Positions 27,624 to 36,490 of a DNA stretch of 64,000 bases are shown here, piece after piece; position 1 is the stretch's first letter; each line of letters begins with the position of its first letter. This stretch comes from a virus: positions 1 through 64,000 of the IMG/VR virus record IMGVR_UViG_3300048033_001096. One strand, 5' to 3'. The notes beneath the pieces were generated by a model. That model was not told the DNA's origin. It saw nothing but the letters and a program-made list of their open reading frames with translations, and searched no databases. A program made the translations under genes and the position numbers.

Positions 27624-29101
27624 CTTATATTCCTTCCTTTCAATTTTGAAAGTATATATTTTTTAATTTTTTCTTGAGATTTTATTGCATACGATAGGTA
27701 ACCGTATCTTTCAGACGGCTGTTGTTTTATATTTAAAGTATCCTCAATTCCAAAAAACGGTGTATACCCTGCAACTGCAAACCCGTCTATGCCGTCAGGT
27801 TTCATCATGCGTGGTCCACAAAATTCAACCATTTCATACATATTTGTAATGTCATTTTCCCATATAATTTGATTATAAGAATTTTTATGTTCCATTCCTA
27901 ATATTCTATCATTGCTTTTCATTTTTCTATAACCGTATTTTTCTAAGTTTTGTCCAAACGCACTTAAAGAATCTTGATCATTTGTTATTTGTAAAGGCCA
28001 CCACAATCGACTTTCAGTATTCCAGTACTTGTTAATCCATTCATCGGTTTGTTCTAATGACTGTATATCTTCTCCTGGTAATCCTGCTATTAAACCTATA
28101 GATCCTCTATACGCCCCTATATCATTTAAGAGATACTCTCGAACTTCTAATAATGCATCCTTTACTCTATTAGGGTCCATTCCCTTGCCAATTGATCTGC
28201 CTGCGGTTCTATTAAAAGTTTCAACACCATAATAATGACCCCATACTCGTGAATTTGATAAAATTTTTTTCATATCACTATTTGTTGCTAATAAGTCAGC
28301 TCTAATAAAACAAGAAAAATTAGGTTCAAAATCTAAACGACTTACTGCATTTTGCAATTTTATCATTTTTTCTATTCTATCATTATACGTATCGTCTGCA
28401 ATAATGTATTGCGTAATACCCCATCTCTCATAATTTTCAACTAGCTCTTGATAAATGTCTTCTTCAGATCTGCTAGTATCATCTTTAATACCTATAAAAG
28501 GGTAGTTACAATAATTACATTTAAATTTGCAGCCTCGTGACAGCTCTATAGAAACTACATCATTGCTATCTAAATAGTCATTTTCTAAATATGTTATTCG
28601 ATAATCTTTTAAAAGATTTGATGGATAGTTTTTTACAGCATTGATATAATTACCACCAAATTTTGGAACACTTATTGGTTTAGTGCCGTTACTAAATTCA
28701 TATTCTAACACCTTAGTTATTGCTTCTTCACCGTAACCAAATATATACCAATCAGCATTTAAATCATTATTAAACGGTCCTTGGCCTCCTACTAAAATCT
28801 TAATATTAGGAAATGTGTTTTTAAATTCAGTAACTAATTCGTATATTTCATTTGCATAATTAAACAACCAATTATACGATATTCCTATCCATTTTGTATT
28901 TTCTTGTAAAATTGTATGTTTAATATATTTTTTAAGTTTAGGCGGATTCCAATATGTGATATAATCTATTACTTCAATGTCCCAGCCAAGCGAACGACAA
29001 TGATGTGCAATTTTATAAGATCCGGGAGAACGGCTATGAAACGCTTCGTTTTCATCAATCTTCCAGCCTCCTAAAATAATTCCGTGTTTGCTCATACTCA
29101 T
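27620..29101 (-). CDS. Cobalamin-dependent (class B) radical SAM enzyme
   Basis: N-terminal B12-binding-like domain (PGSYKIA...IGIS...VGG...GYGE); SRGCKFKCNYC; DDT; GVET; GLPGE. Confidence 0.85.
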   Translation of the reverse strand: MSMSKHGIILGGWKIDENEAFHSRSPGSYKIAHHCRSLGWDIEVIDYITYWNPPKLKKYIKHTILQENTKWIGISYNWLFNYANEIYELVTEFKNTFPNIKILVGGQGPFNNDLNADWYIFGYGEEAITKVLEYEFSNGTKPISVPKFGGNYINAVKNYPSNLLKDYRITYLENDYLDSNDVVSIELSRGCKFKCNYCNYPFIGIKDDTSRSEEDIYQELVENYERWGITQYIIADDTYNDRIEKMIKLQNAVSRLDFEPNFSCFIRADLLATNSDMKKILSNSRVWGHYYGVETFNRTAGRSIGKGMDPNRVKDALLEVREYLLNDIGAYRGSIGLIAGLPGEDIQSLEQTDEWINKYWNTESRLWWPLQITNDQDSLSAFGQNLEKYGYRKMKSNDRILGMEHKNSYNQIIWENDITNMYEMVEFCGPRMMKPDGIDGFAVAGYTPFFGIEDTLNIKQQPSERYGYLSYAIKSQEKIKKYILSKLKGRNIR

Positions 29102-29102
29102 C

Positions 29103-29119
29103 TATTTATAGCATAAGTA
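29103..29119. promoter_or_regulatory. Back-to-back late-type promoter motifs
   Basis: TATAAATA on the - strand (29110-29103) and CATAAGTA on the + strand (29112-29119) in the divergent gap. Confidence 0.55.
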
Positions 29120-29148
29120 ATTTATAATACATAGGATCTGATGTTGAA

Positions 29149-30111
29149 ATGGCATATCTACATTTACAACACGGACTGCCAATGATAAATGATGTAGTCC
29201 GTAACACGTTTTATAAAAACATTTTGCAAGAAACGAAAAACAAAACCTGTTTAGAAATAGGGTTCGGATCAGGCATTTTATCTATACTTGCACTTGAAGC
29301 AGGAGCTAGCCGCATAATTGCATATGAAGAAGATTCTGAAACATATGCGCTAGGACAAGAAGTTATTCAGTCTTTACAATTACAAGATAATATTGAATTA
29401 ATTAACGAGAGATTTCAAGCAGACAAAATATCAAGACACAATGTTGACTGTATATTTACTGAAACTATTAACCATACATTGTTTGGTGAATCAATGTTAG
29501 ATTCTGTAAACGGAAACTTACCAAAAATTTTACCTAATAATTATTTTTTAGAAGTGTATGCTGTTCCTATTAGTTTAAATTATGCTAGAAGATTAATTAA
29601 TAACGATACTTCTATTTGCAATCCCGGAATTGAAATTACTACTTTGTTTAGTACTACTATAAACAAAATACTAAACAAAAAAGAAACACCAATTGAAGAT
29701 GGATTATACGGTGTGGATATAAAAGATATACATCAATTATTAGATTTACATAATTTAAAAAATCCGGTAAAATCGTATAACATAGATATTAATAAAAAAG
29801 TAATGTTAAATGGAGTAGACTGGAGTATTGAGTTAGAAAAAGGATTAAATTATGTAATTGTTTGTAGAACAGGAATGTCATACAAACAACATAAACTGTA
29901 TACTGACATTTGCGATAACTGGGGACCATTTGCTCAGTATGGATTAATTATCAACGCTAATAATAACTTTACACTTAAACAAAACTTTCAAGACGGAAAT
30001 GTTGTTTTTTCTTATAACGATCAAGAAATACATTTAATTAAAGACGAAACAGCACACAACTATAACATATTAGAAACTAAGAAAATTAAGGTAGTAAATT
30101 TTGACCACTGA
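29149..30111 (+). CDS. Class I SAM methyltransferase, PRMT-like
   Basis: MINDVVRNTFY helix, LEIGFGSGILS..ALEAGA.RIIAYE, DCIFTE..LFGE. Confidence 0.75.
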   Translation: MAYLHLQHGLPMINDVVRNTFYKNILQETKNKTCLEIGFGSGILSILALEAGASRIIAYEEDSETYALGQEVIQSLQLQDNIELINERFQADKISRHNVDCIFTETINHTLFGESMLDSVNGNLPKILPNNYFLEVYAVPISLNYARRLINNDTSICNPGIEITTLFSTTINKILNKKETPIEDGLYGVDIKDIHQLLDLHNLKNPVKSYNIDINKKVMLNGVDWSIELEKGLNYVIVCRTGMSYKQHKLYTDICDNWGPFAQYGLIINANNNFTLKQNFQDGNVVFSYNDQEIHLIKDETAHNYNILETKKIKVVNFDH

Positions 30112-30793
30112 ATTTAAATACTATTACAACAATGTTCCTAACAAAGGATTTTGTCGAAACAATCTCATCTACACTAGCTTTATAAACAAGAATAATAATT
30201 TGTTTTGTCAATGGTATCACAATGACGAAATTTATCACGGTGGACATAATCAAGTAGTCGATCCTGCACTGATGGATGAAAAGTTTGAAAGAGAAATAAA
30301 ATTCTTGCGTCTTATGGGCAAAGAATATCCGCAACATGTTCCTGTGTTTAGCATAGACGAAAAAGAGCGTAAAGTTTATTTAGAAATCGACGGCCCGGAT
30401 ATGTGGGAACGTGCTGGATGCACAGGAACCGATTATTCTCATGTATTGCCAGATTGGCGTACACAAATGCTTGAAATTATACAAGCACATAAAGACTTAG
30501 GACTAACCAAATATAGTCTACACCCTAGCAGTTATTTTATTGTAGACGGTAAATTAAAAAGTATGAATTATTTCTTTACATATGACGAAACTGATGCTAA
30601 TATAAGTTTACGTAGTGTAATGAGTCATATTAGCCAAGATAGGCAAGCAGATTTATTTCCTAAAATGACTGCTGCTGGAATTAATGTAGACGCACCTACT
30701 GCGCATAATGAAATACAACAACTTGCATTTGAAAGTTTTAAAACAAACTTTTGTAACGAAGTAATGGAAGCAGCAAAGGCAATCTATGCATAA
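30101..30793 (+). CDS. Degenerate protein-kinase/APH-like fold protein
   Basis: FEREIKFL, VYLE, and SLHPSSYFIVDGKLKSMNY aligning to the catalytic-loop/DFG region. Confidence 0.45.
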   Translation: MTTEFKYYYNNVPNKGFCRNNLIYTSFINKNNNLFCQWYHNDEIYHGGHNQVVDPALMDEKFEREIKFLRLMGKEYPQHVPVFSIDEKERKVYLEIDGPDMWERAGCTGTDYSHVLPDWRTQMLEIIQAHKDLGLTKYSLHPSSYFIVDGKLKSMNYFFTYDETDANISLRSVMSHISQDRQADLFPKMTAAGINVDAPTAHNEIQQLAFESFKTNFCNEVMEAAKAIYA

Positions 30794-31343
30794 ACTTGTA
30801 GAATGGAGTGAAAACTTAGATTTATCTGATTTCTATTCAGAGGCTACTCAACGAGGGTTTGTAAATAACTCGAGTCAAAAAGCAATGATAGACTGTTTTC
30901 ATAACGAGAATGAATGGAATGCTTGGATACTTTATAACGGTGACAGAGCAGTAGGTAGTGTTGCTGCACATTCGTTTGATGATGTTATGCCCGGCGGTTA
31001 TCGTATTTTAACTCGAGTTTGTACCTTTGCCGAAGAACGTAAAGACAAAGGACTTATTACTCCTAAGCGGCTTGTAGCAGAGCATCAAAATCTAACAGAT
31101 CAATTTTTACTACCTAAATGCATTGAATGGGTTGCAGGACGAGGCAGAATGTTTGCTACTTCTAATGCAAGCAAAGAAGCAAGTCAACGGTTAGTACATA
31201 GCTATTATTTTCCTACGCTTGCTAAACTAGGTATTGTTGAAAAAATTAAAGATGTGCATTATAGACATACAGATCAAACTGTATGGGAAATACATCCTGA
31301 TGCATTTTTTGCTAATTTAGAAAGATTTGAAAGATGGACATAA
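30786..31343 (+). CDS. Putative GNAT-fold protein
   Basis: WILYNGDRAVGSVAA...YRILTRVC beta pattern; weak. Confidence 0.45.
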   Translation: MHKLVEWSENLDLSDFYSEATQRGFVNNSSQKAMIDCFHNENEWNAWILYNGDRAVGSVAAHSFDDVMPGGYRILTRVCTFAEERKDKGLITPKRLVAEHQNLTDQFLLPKCIEWVAGRGRMFATSNASKEASQRLVHSYYFPTLAKLGIVEKIKDVHYRHTDQTVWEIHPDAFFANLERFERWT

Positions 31344-32005
31344 AATTAAAATACGATAGTAGTTTTGACAAAGAACTTTCTAGTAATGCATATTCTGTAT
31401 TATCTAAATTTTTTGTTGAACCATTTGATATTAACTTTGAATTAGATATTAAAAACGAGTTAATTAATAATAAAATTAAAACAGGCAGAGAAGGATGGAT
31501 ATACTACGAAATTAAAGATAAAAAATTTGTTGATTTTTCTTCTTCTATGTTTGAACAATCGGACTACGAAGGAAGTATAAGTGAGATAGAATCATCAGGT
31601 ATTAATATCGAACTATTAAACGATCATAATTTATGTACAGTATTTTTAGACAGCGAATTTGAAAAAGAAAAGATGCTACATCCTAAAATACAAGAAAATT
31701 TATCTAAGATAGTAAAATATATTAACAATACTAATATACATATTGAAGTTGTTTATTTTAATTTAGGACCTCAAGGATTTGTGGTGCCGCATACTGACGG
31801 CAACGGTCATGATAACTATTACAACGCTGTAATAAATTTAAAATGTCCTGCAGAAGGTTGCAATATTACAGTTAATGGAAATACTACAACTGTGTTTAAA
31901 AATGATATATTTTTATTTGATGCAAAAGAATTACATCAAGCAATTAATCCGTCAAAAACAGATGATTGGGAATTTATTGCGTTTAGACTAAAACCTAATT
32001 CTTGA
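31334..32005 (+). CDS. Asp/Asn beta-hydroxylase-like dioxygenase
   Basis: LGPQGFVVPHTD and FDAKELHQAINPS. Confidence 0.75.
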   Translation: MDIKLKYDSSFDKELSSNAYSVLSKFFVEPFDINFELDIKNELINNKIKTGREGWIYYEIKDKKFVDFSSSMFEQSDYEGSISEIESSGINIELLNDHNLCTVFLDSEFEKEKMLHPKIQENLSKIVKYINNTNIHIEVVYFNLGPQGFVVPHTDGNGHDNYYNAVINLKCPAEGCNITVNGNTTTVFKNDIFLFDAKELHQAINPSKTDDWEFIAFRLKPNS

Positions 32006-32590
32006 ATCATCGTACTTAGAATTAATCCTTTCGAATTCTTTTTTAACGTGTTCTGTTAATTTCCAACGAAACTCTATTTGTCTAATACTAGGCTTTTGTG
32101 CCCAAAATATAATTGTATCTACAATATCTTCTAAAGGTGTGTTATAGTCACTAGTAAATGCTGTAGGATCGTCACTGTTAACTTCTGTGCCTTCTAAGAA
32201 ACTTAAATCTAGATGTAATATAGGAATACCATTTGGATTGATGCTTTCTAAACGACATGCTTCTGCTAGTGCTTGTTTGTCGTGTACATAATCCGTAGGA
32301 ATAAGTTCTGGATAGTGTCTACTCACACTTCCCATAACAACCATCATATCAACTTTGTCTTTGAGTGCATGAAATAGTTTTAGTTGCTGTTCGTCTCTAT
32401 AAGCATTATTAATAAACAATTCTGCCCCAGTAGCTTCTTCAACAATTTTGTCAAAATCTTTTTCAATGTCATAGCTGTTGCTGCGACTCATACCTACAAT
32501 TTCTCTACAACTAATTTCATTAAACTTATCGTAGATTGCTTTACCTATTCCATTAGTGTGTCCTGTTATAACTATTTTCTTTTCACTCAT
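31988..32590 (-). CDS. Short-chain dehydrogenase/reductase (compact)
   Basis: ITGHTNGIG, FINNA, MGS, YVHDK. Confidence 0.8.
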   Translation of the reverse strand: MSEKKIVITGHTNGIGKAIYDKFNEISCREIVGMSRSNSYDIEKDFDKIVEEATGAELFINNAYRDEQQLKLFHALKDKVDMMVVMGSVSRHYPELIPTDYVHDKQALAEACRLESINPNGIPILHLDLSFLEGTEVNSDDPTAFTSDYNTPLEDIVDTIIFWAQKPSIRQIEFRWKLTEHVKKEFERINSKYDDSRIRF

Positions 32591-33029
32591 TGATATTATA
32601 TCCTATAAATGTTATGTCTGGATTATCTAACCAAAACTGTATACTGTTTGCAACCATTTGGTAATTGCGATAACTGCTACTAGTCAACTGTAAATACAAC
32701 ATAGGGTACTTGCTGTGTAATGCTAACTGCTGTACAGTTTTTTCTAGTTCCCACTTTTCTTTGCTGTACTTGGCCATTTCGGGATCAAAGTTTATTGCTG
32801 CAATACTGCCCATTACAACCAACCTGCATTTATCTTTTAAACGTTCTACATACTCTATCTGATTAGCATGTGCATTTAGTATTACTACAGAGCCTTCTTC
32901 AAATCCTGCTTCTATTATATCTTCAATGTCTGTAATTAAGTCTACGGGTCTACCTACAGTAACACATTTAAAATGATTTGCTAGGTATTCTCCTAGTCCT
33001 CGTGTAGCGCCTGTTATATAAAAATTCAT
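32583..33029 (-). CDS. Short-chain dehydrogenase/reductase (minimal)
   Basis: ITGATRGLG, ILNA, MGS, YSKEK. Confidence 0.75.
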   Translation of the reverse strand: MNFYITGATRGLGEYLANHFKCVTVGRPVDLITDIEDIIEAGFEEGSVVILNAHANQIEYVERLKDKCRLVVMGSIAAINFDPEMAKYSKEKWELEKTVQQLALHSKYPMLYLQLTSSSYRNYQMVANSIQFWLDNPDITFIGYNINE

Positions 33030-34057
33030 TTTACTAATTTGTCTAAATTTTTAAAAAAATCTTCACCTAATTCTTTTTCAACAATATCTGCCATTTCGCT
33101 GTCCTCAAGTCTTTTTAACTTGCGGTACAACTGTACATTGGCACGTTGTATCTCCATAAACTTTTTAACATAAAATGGTTCGTCAAATGTTGGGTTCTTT
33201 TCTGGCATGAAATCCTCTCTATCAGTAAAACCTATACGCTCTCTTTCGCTAAAGAAACAACTTGCTATCCATTTTGTTCCTTTGGTAATTACTTTGCTTT
33301 CGTGTATGGTGCTCCAATTAGTAGCTTCATCATAACACTGTTTAAAATATAGTAAACTTCCTTTTTTAGGTTTTATGTCAACACCTAGCTTAGGAAAATA
33401 CGTTGTACCGCCTTCGTAGTCGTCGTTGAGATATAATATACCTGTACCTACTCTATCGTTTTTGCCATGACTGTAGTAATTAATTTTGTCTGGAAAATAA
33501 GGATAGTCGTGGTGCAAATCTAAATATCTGCCTACATCGTAATTGTATATGTCAATTGCTTCAATTAAAGAATACGGAAATCCGCAGTTATCTACTATTG
33601 CTTTTGCAATTACATTATAATGTACAGGATTCATTCCTAAACTAATTCCGCGCTGCTCTACATCTTCAGTTACTTGTGTATAACTTTCTTGACGGCTTTG
33701 CTTTCCACTATCTGGATTCATTCCATCTGCAATATGTTTTGCAATAATTGCATCACAAATGTCTTCTGATACTGCATTATCAAATACAACAATTAACGGC
33801 TCTTCGCAGTATACTCTGCCTTCATTCATGTTTAGTACAGGAGGCGCAATTGCTTCATCTTCTATTAAACTTATCTCTGTACAAAATTCTCTACCTTCAT
33901 AGAATGTTCTATTAAACGAAATACGCTGTCTTTCTTTTAGAGTCTTAGGTAGTGTTTGTACGTGATATTTTTCACATATAATTTGATCGCCTTTTTCAGT
34001 TTCTACAAATCCAAAACCTTTTGCGTCATTAAACCATTGTACTATTCCTGTTTCCAT
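33026..34057 (-). CDS. Cold-shock domain fused to a prolyl 4-hydroxylase-type 2OG-Fe(II) oxygenase
   Basis: GIVQWFNDAKGFGFV (CSD RNP1); LHHD, LYLNDDYEGGTTYFP, IHESKVITKGTKW; start 34057 by TAATG coupling. Confidence 0.85.
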   Translation of the reverse strand: METGIVQWFNDAKGFGFVETEKGDQIICEKYHVQTLPKTLKERQRISFNRTFYEGREFCTEISLIEDEAIAPPVLNMNEGRVYCEEPLIVVFDNAVSEDICDAIIAKHIADGMNPDSGKQSRQESYTQVTEDVEQRGISLGMNPVHYNVIAKAIVDNCGFPYSLIEAIDIYNYDVGRYLDLHHDYPYFPDKINYYSHGKNDRVGTGILYLNDDYEGGTTYFPKLGVDIKPKKGSLLYFKQCYDEATNWSTIHESKVITKGTKWIASCFFSERERIGFTDREDFMPEKNPTFDEPFYVKKFMEIQRANVQLYRKLKRLEDSEMADIVEKELGEDFFKNLDKLVK

Positions 34058-34590
34058 TACCATGCATTCCAAATATACTTAGGTGCAGTTCCGCAGTTTG
34101 TTCCTGCATGCCACAACTTTCTGTTTTCCCATCTGAATGTTTCACCTTGCGCTCTATTATAAAGACACTTATCATCTACTATAAAAATGTGTCCCCATTG
34201 AGGCTTACCTATATGTGAATGATACCGAGGACACTCTGGCAAGTTTGCTTCATCGTCGTGTACGTCCCAGTGTATAGGAGCAAACCGTCCTGGCCAAACT
34301 CTACTGATCCATACATTATTACATTCTAATTTGTAATACTTATTCCACGCATCGACAATGCTTTGGTCAAACTGCTTGCCTGGAATAAACATATCCCATC
34401 CTGCGGTGCCACCTTCTTGTACAGTTTTGTATCCTGCTTCTTCCCACATATCTAATATAGGATCTAACCCCGGAACAGTGTCACCTCTTTTATGACTAGG
34501 ACCAACATACTCTGGCTCAGTGTTTTCTAAATCTCGAATAACACTATCCCAGTCAATAACATGACTACAACTTCCAATACTTCTTACCAT
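34057..34590 (-). CDS. Non-heme iron hydroxylase-like protein
   Basis: PGRFAPIHWD and WHAGTNCG; start 34590 by TAATG coupling. Confidence 0.7.
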   Translation of the reverse strand: MVRSIGSCSHVIDWDSVIRDLENTEPEYVGPSHKRGDTVPGLDPILDMWEEAGYKTVQEGGTAGWDMFIPGKQFDQSIVDAWNKYYKLECNNVWISRVWPGRFAPIHWDVHDDEANLPECPRYHSHIGKPQWGHIFIVDDKCLYNRAQGETFRWENRKLWHAGTNCGTAPKYIWNAW

Positions 34591-35159
34591 TACCTCGGCC
34601 TTCCTAAAAAATGAAACAAGTACTGGTGATGTGTGCCGCAACTTGTACCTGCATGATAACTTCTGTAGTTGTCCCATTCGTAAACAGCGCCTTGTTCTAC
34701 ATTATGAAAACATTCGTCTTCAAGTATAAGCACACTGCCCCATCGAGGCTTGTCCATAAAACATACCCAACGCTTTAGTTCGCCTTGTGCTAACCATTCT
34801 TCTTCTTTGTCTTCTACGTCCCAATGATAAGGAACATTGCGTCCAGGTGCAACATCACTTACAAACACTCTAAGCGGATCTGCATTAACCAAGTCTGCAA
34901 ACTTGTTTTGTATTTTGATATCAAAGTGTTCGCCCGGATAGTAATCGTGCCAAATAATATCTTCTAATTTATACCCTGCTCGTTGCCATGTATCCATTAT
35001 GCTTCTGTAAGACTCTAACAACGTGCCTTCTGCTTCTGCTTCGCTACGATCAACAACACTTGTTACTGTGTTTTCGTCGCCGTCATTACATTGTTCGCAT
35101 AACTTGACTATTGGATCCCAGTCTATAATTCCATCTGTTGTACCGAAGTATTTAGGCAT
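34590..35159 (-). CDS. Non-heme iron hydroxylase-like protein (tandem paralog)
   Basis: PGRNVPYHWD and YHAGTSCG; colinear with the downstream gene. Confidence 0.7.
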   Translation of the reverse strand: MPKYFGTTDGIIDWDPIVKLCEQCNDGDENTVTSVVDRSEAEAEGTLLESYRSIMDTWQRAGYKLEDIIWHDYYPGEHFDIKIQNKFADLVNADPLRVFVSDVAPGRNVPYHWDVEDKEEEWLAQGELKRWVCFMDKPRWGSVLILEDECFHNVEQGAVYEWDNYRSYHAGTSCGTHHQYLFHFLGRPR

Positions 35160-35829
35160 TAAACAATTCCTTGTATATGTAACTCATATCTTGATCTCCC
35201 CATTTGACATGTGTGCCTAAACTACGCTTAAACATTTTTTCTAAATTTAAGACACTATCAACTGCTGCACCTGTTTCTTCTAACCTAAACTGAGCAGTTT
35301 CATGTATAATACCTTGCATGTATTTTTCTTCAATATACGGTTCGTCAATAGGCACACATCCGTACCAGTCAATTGCTCGCATATTTCCATCATCACTAAT
35401 GTAATGACAGTGTGGATACATAGTTAACTTATAAATGCCTTCATCGTATTGATCTAGCATGATATCTTTAATTTGTTTACGCCATTGTTGCTCAGGCCAT
35501 TCTTTCCCACTGTATATTATTTGATTGCAGCTAACATCGTACCACTTAATATAAATTTTTCTATTTTTGTAATCAACGTCTAATACTTCGGGCGCATAAG
35601 GTTTGTCTTTGAATATCTCTAAATATGTTAGTTCGTTAAAGAAAAACCATTCTGCTACTTCATCTGTATATAACGGACGATTGCTTGTTTCTCTATACTG
35701 ATATTCATTGGGCCAAGAATAATTCTTACAGAACGTTTTGCCGTCAGCACTTACTAATGGCTCATAAGTTTGTTGAGCCATACAAAGATGTCCTTCTTCG
35801 CTTAGTTTAAGATACGGAGTCCACTGCAA
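35152..35829 (-). CDS. Kinase-like fold protein (degenerate catalytic loop)
   Basis: FNELTYL, APEVLDVD, IYIKW, and MYPHCHYISDDGNMRAIDWYG (DFG-like). Confidence 0.5.
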   Translation of the reverse strand: MQWTPYLKLSEEGHLCMAQQTYEPLVSADGKTFCKNYSWPNEYQYRETSNRPLYTDEVAEWFFFNELTYLEIFKDKPYAPEVLDVDYKNRKIYIKWYDVSCNQIIYSGKEWPEQQWRKQIKDIMLDQYDEGIYKLTMYPHCHYISDDGNMRAIDWYGCVPIDEPYIEEKYMQGIIHETAQFRLEETGAAVDSVLNLEKMFKRSLGTHVKWGDQDMSYIYKELFNA

Positions 35830-36463
35830 TTTTAAAGTCCTTAGTTAGTTTTAAACTAGATAGTTCTGTTACAGCTACTTTAAATTTAACTATTTCTGCG
35901 TCAAATGAAAAGTCTGCTAATTTATTATTTTTATTAGCATGGTTAAGCCACGGGCTAACAAAATTGTCAAATTTATATCTATAATCGTGCTGAGAAGAAG
36001 CAGGCTTAATTGTAACTTCTACTAACCCATCGTCTGTGGAATTAGTTAATAATTCTCTAACTACTAATTGCACTCTAGGAATGCTTCCGTAGTTTGAAGC
36101 TGCATGTATGCGTCCTGCATCCATGTAATACCAATATCCAGTTTTTTCTAACAAATGCATATCTAGATTATCTAAATCTAGTAGATAACTTTGTTCGCCT
36201 TGTAGGTTTAAATGCCAACGATTGTCAATGTCCGAATGTGACATATATGTAGTGCCGGGCTGCATTACTATTACTCGTGCTTCGCCGTGCTGCTTAGGAA
36301 GAGTTTTGAGTAATCTCTCCCAAACTGTTCCTTTGTATTCGGGCTTAATTTCCCACGGATCATAGAAGAAATTTCCAGTAGGTTGATTTAATGCTGTTTT
36401 AATATCATTAAAGTCTGCATCAATCTTTGGAATTTTAGCTTTATACTCAGTTCTCTCTAGCAT
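35807..36463 (-). CDS. Asp/Asn beta-hydroxylase-like dioxygenase
   Basis: MQPGTTYMSHSD, RWHL and IHAASNYGSIPRVQLVV. Confidence 0.75.
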   Translation of the reverse strand: MLERTEYKAKIPKIDADFNDIKTALNQPTGNFFYDPWEIKPEYKGTVWERLLKTLPKQHGEARVIVMQPGTTYMSHSDIDNRWHLNLQGEQSYLLDLDNLDMHLLEKTGYWYYMDAGRIHAASNYGSIPRVQLVVRELLTNSTDDGLVEVTIKPASSQHDYRYKFDNFVSPWLNHANKNNKLADFSFDAEIVKFKVAVTELSSLKLTKDFKIAVDSVS

Positions 36464-36468
36464 AGAAA

Positions 36469-36485
36469 TATTTAACCAATAAGTA
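36469..36485. promoter_or_regulatory. Back-to-back late-type promoter motifs
   Basis: TTAAATA on the - strand (36475-36469) and AATAAGTA on the + strand (36478-36485) in a 27-bp divergent gap. Confidence 0.5.
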
Positions 36486-36490
36486 AGTGT

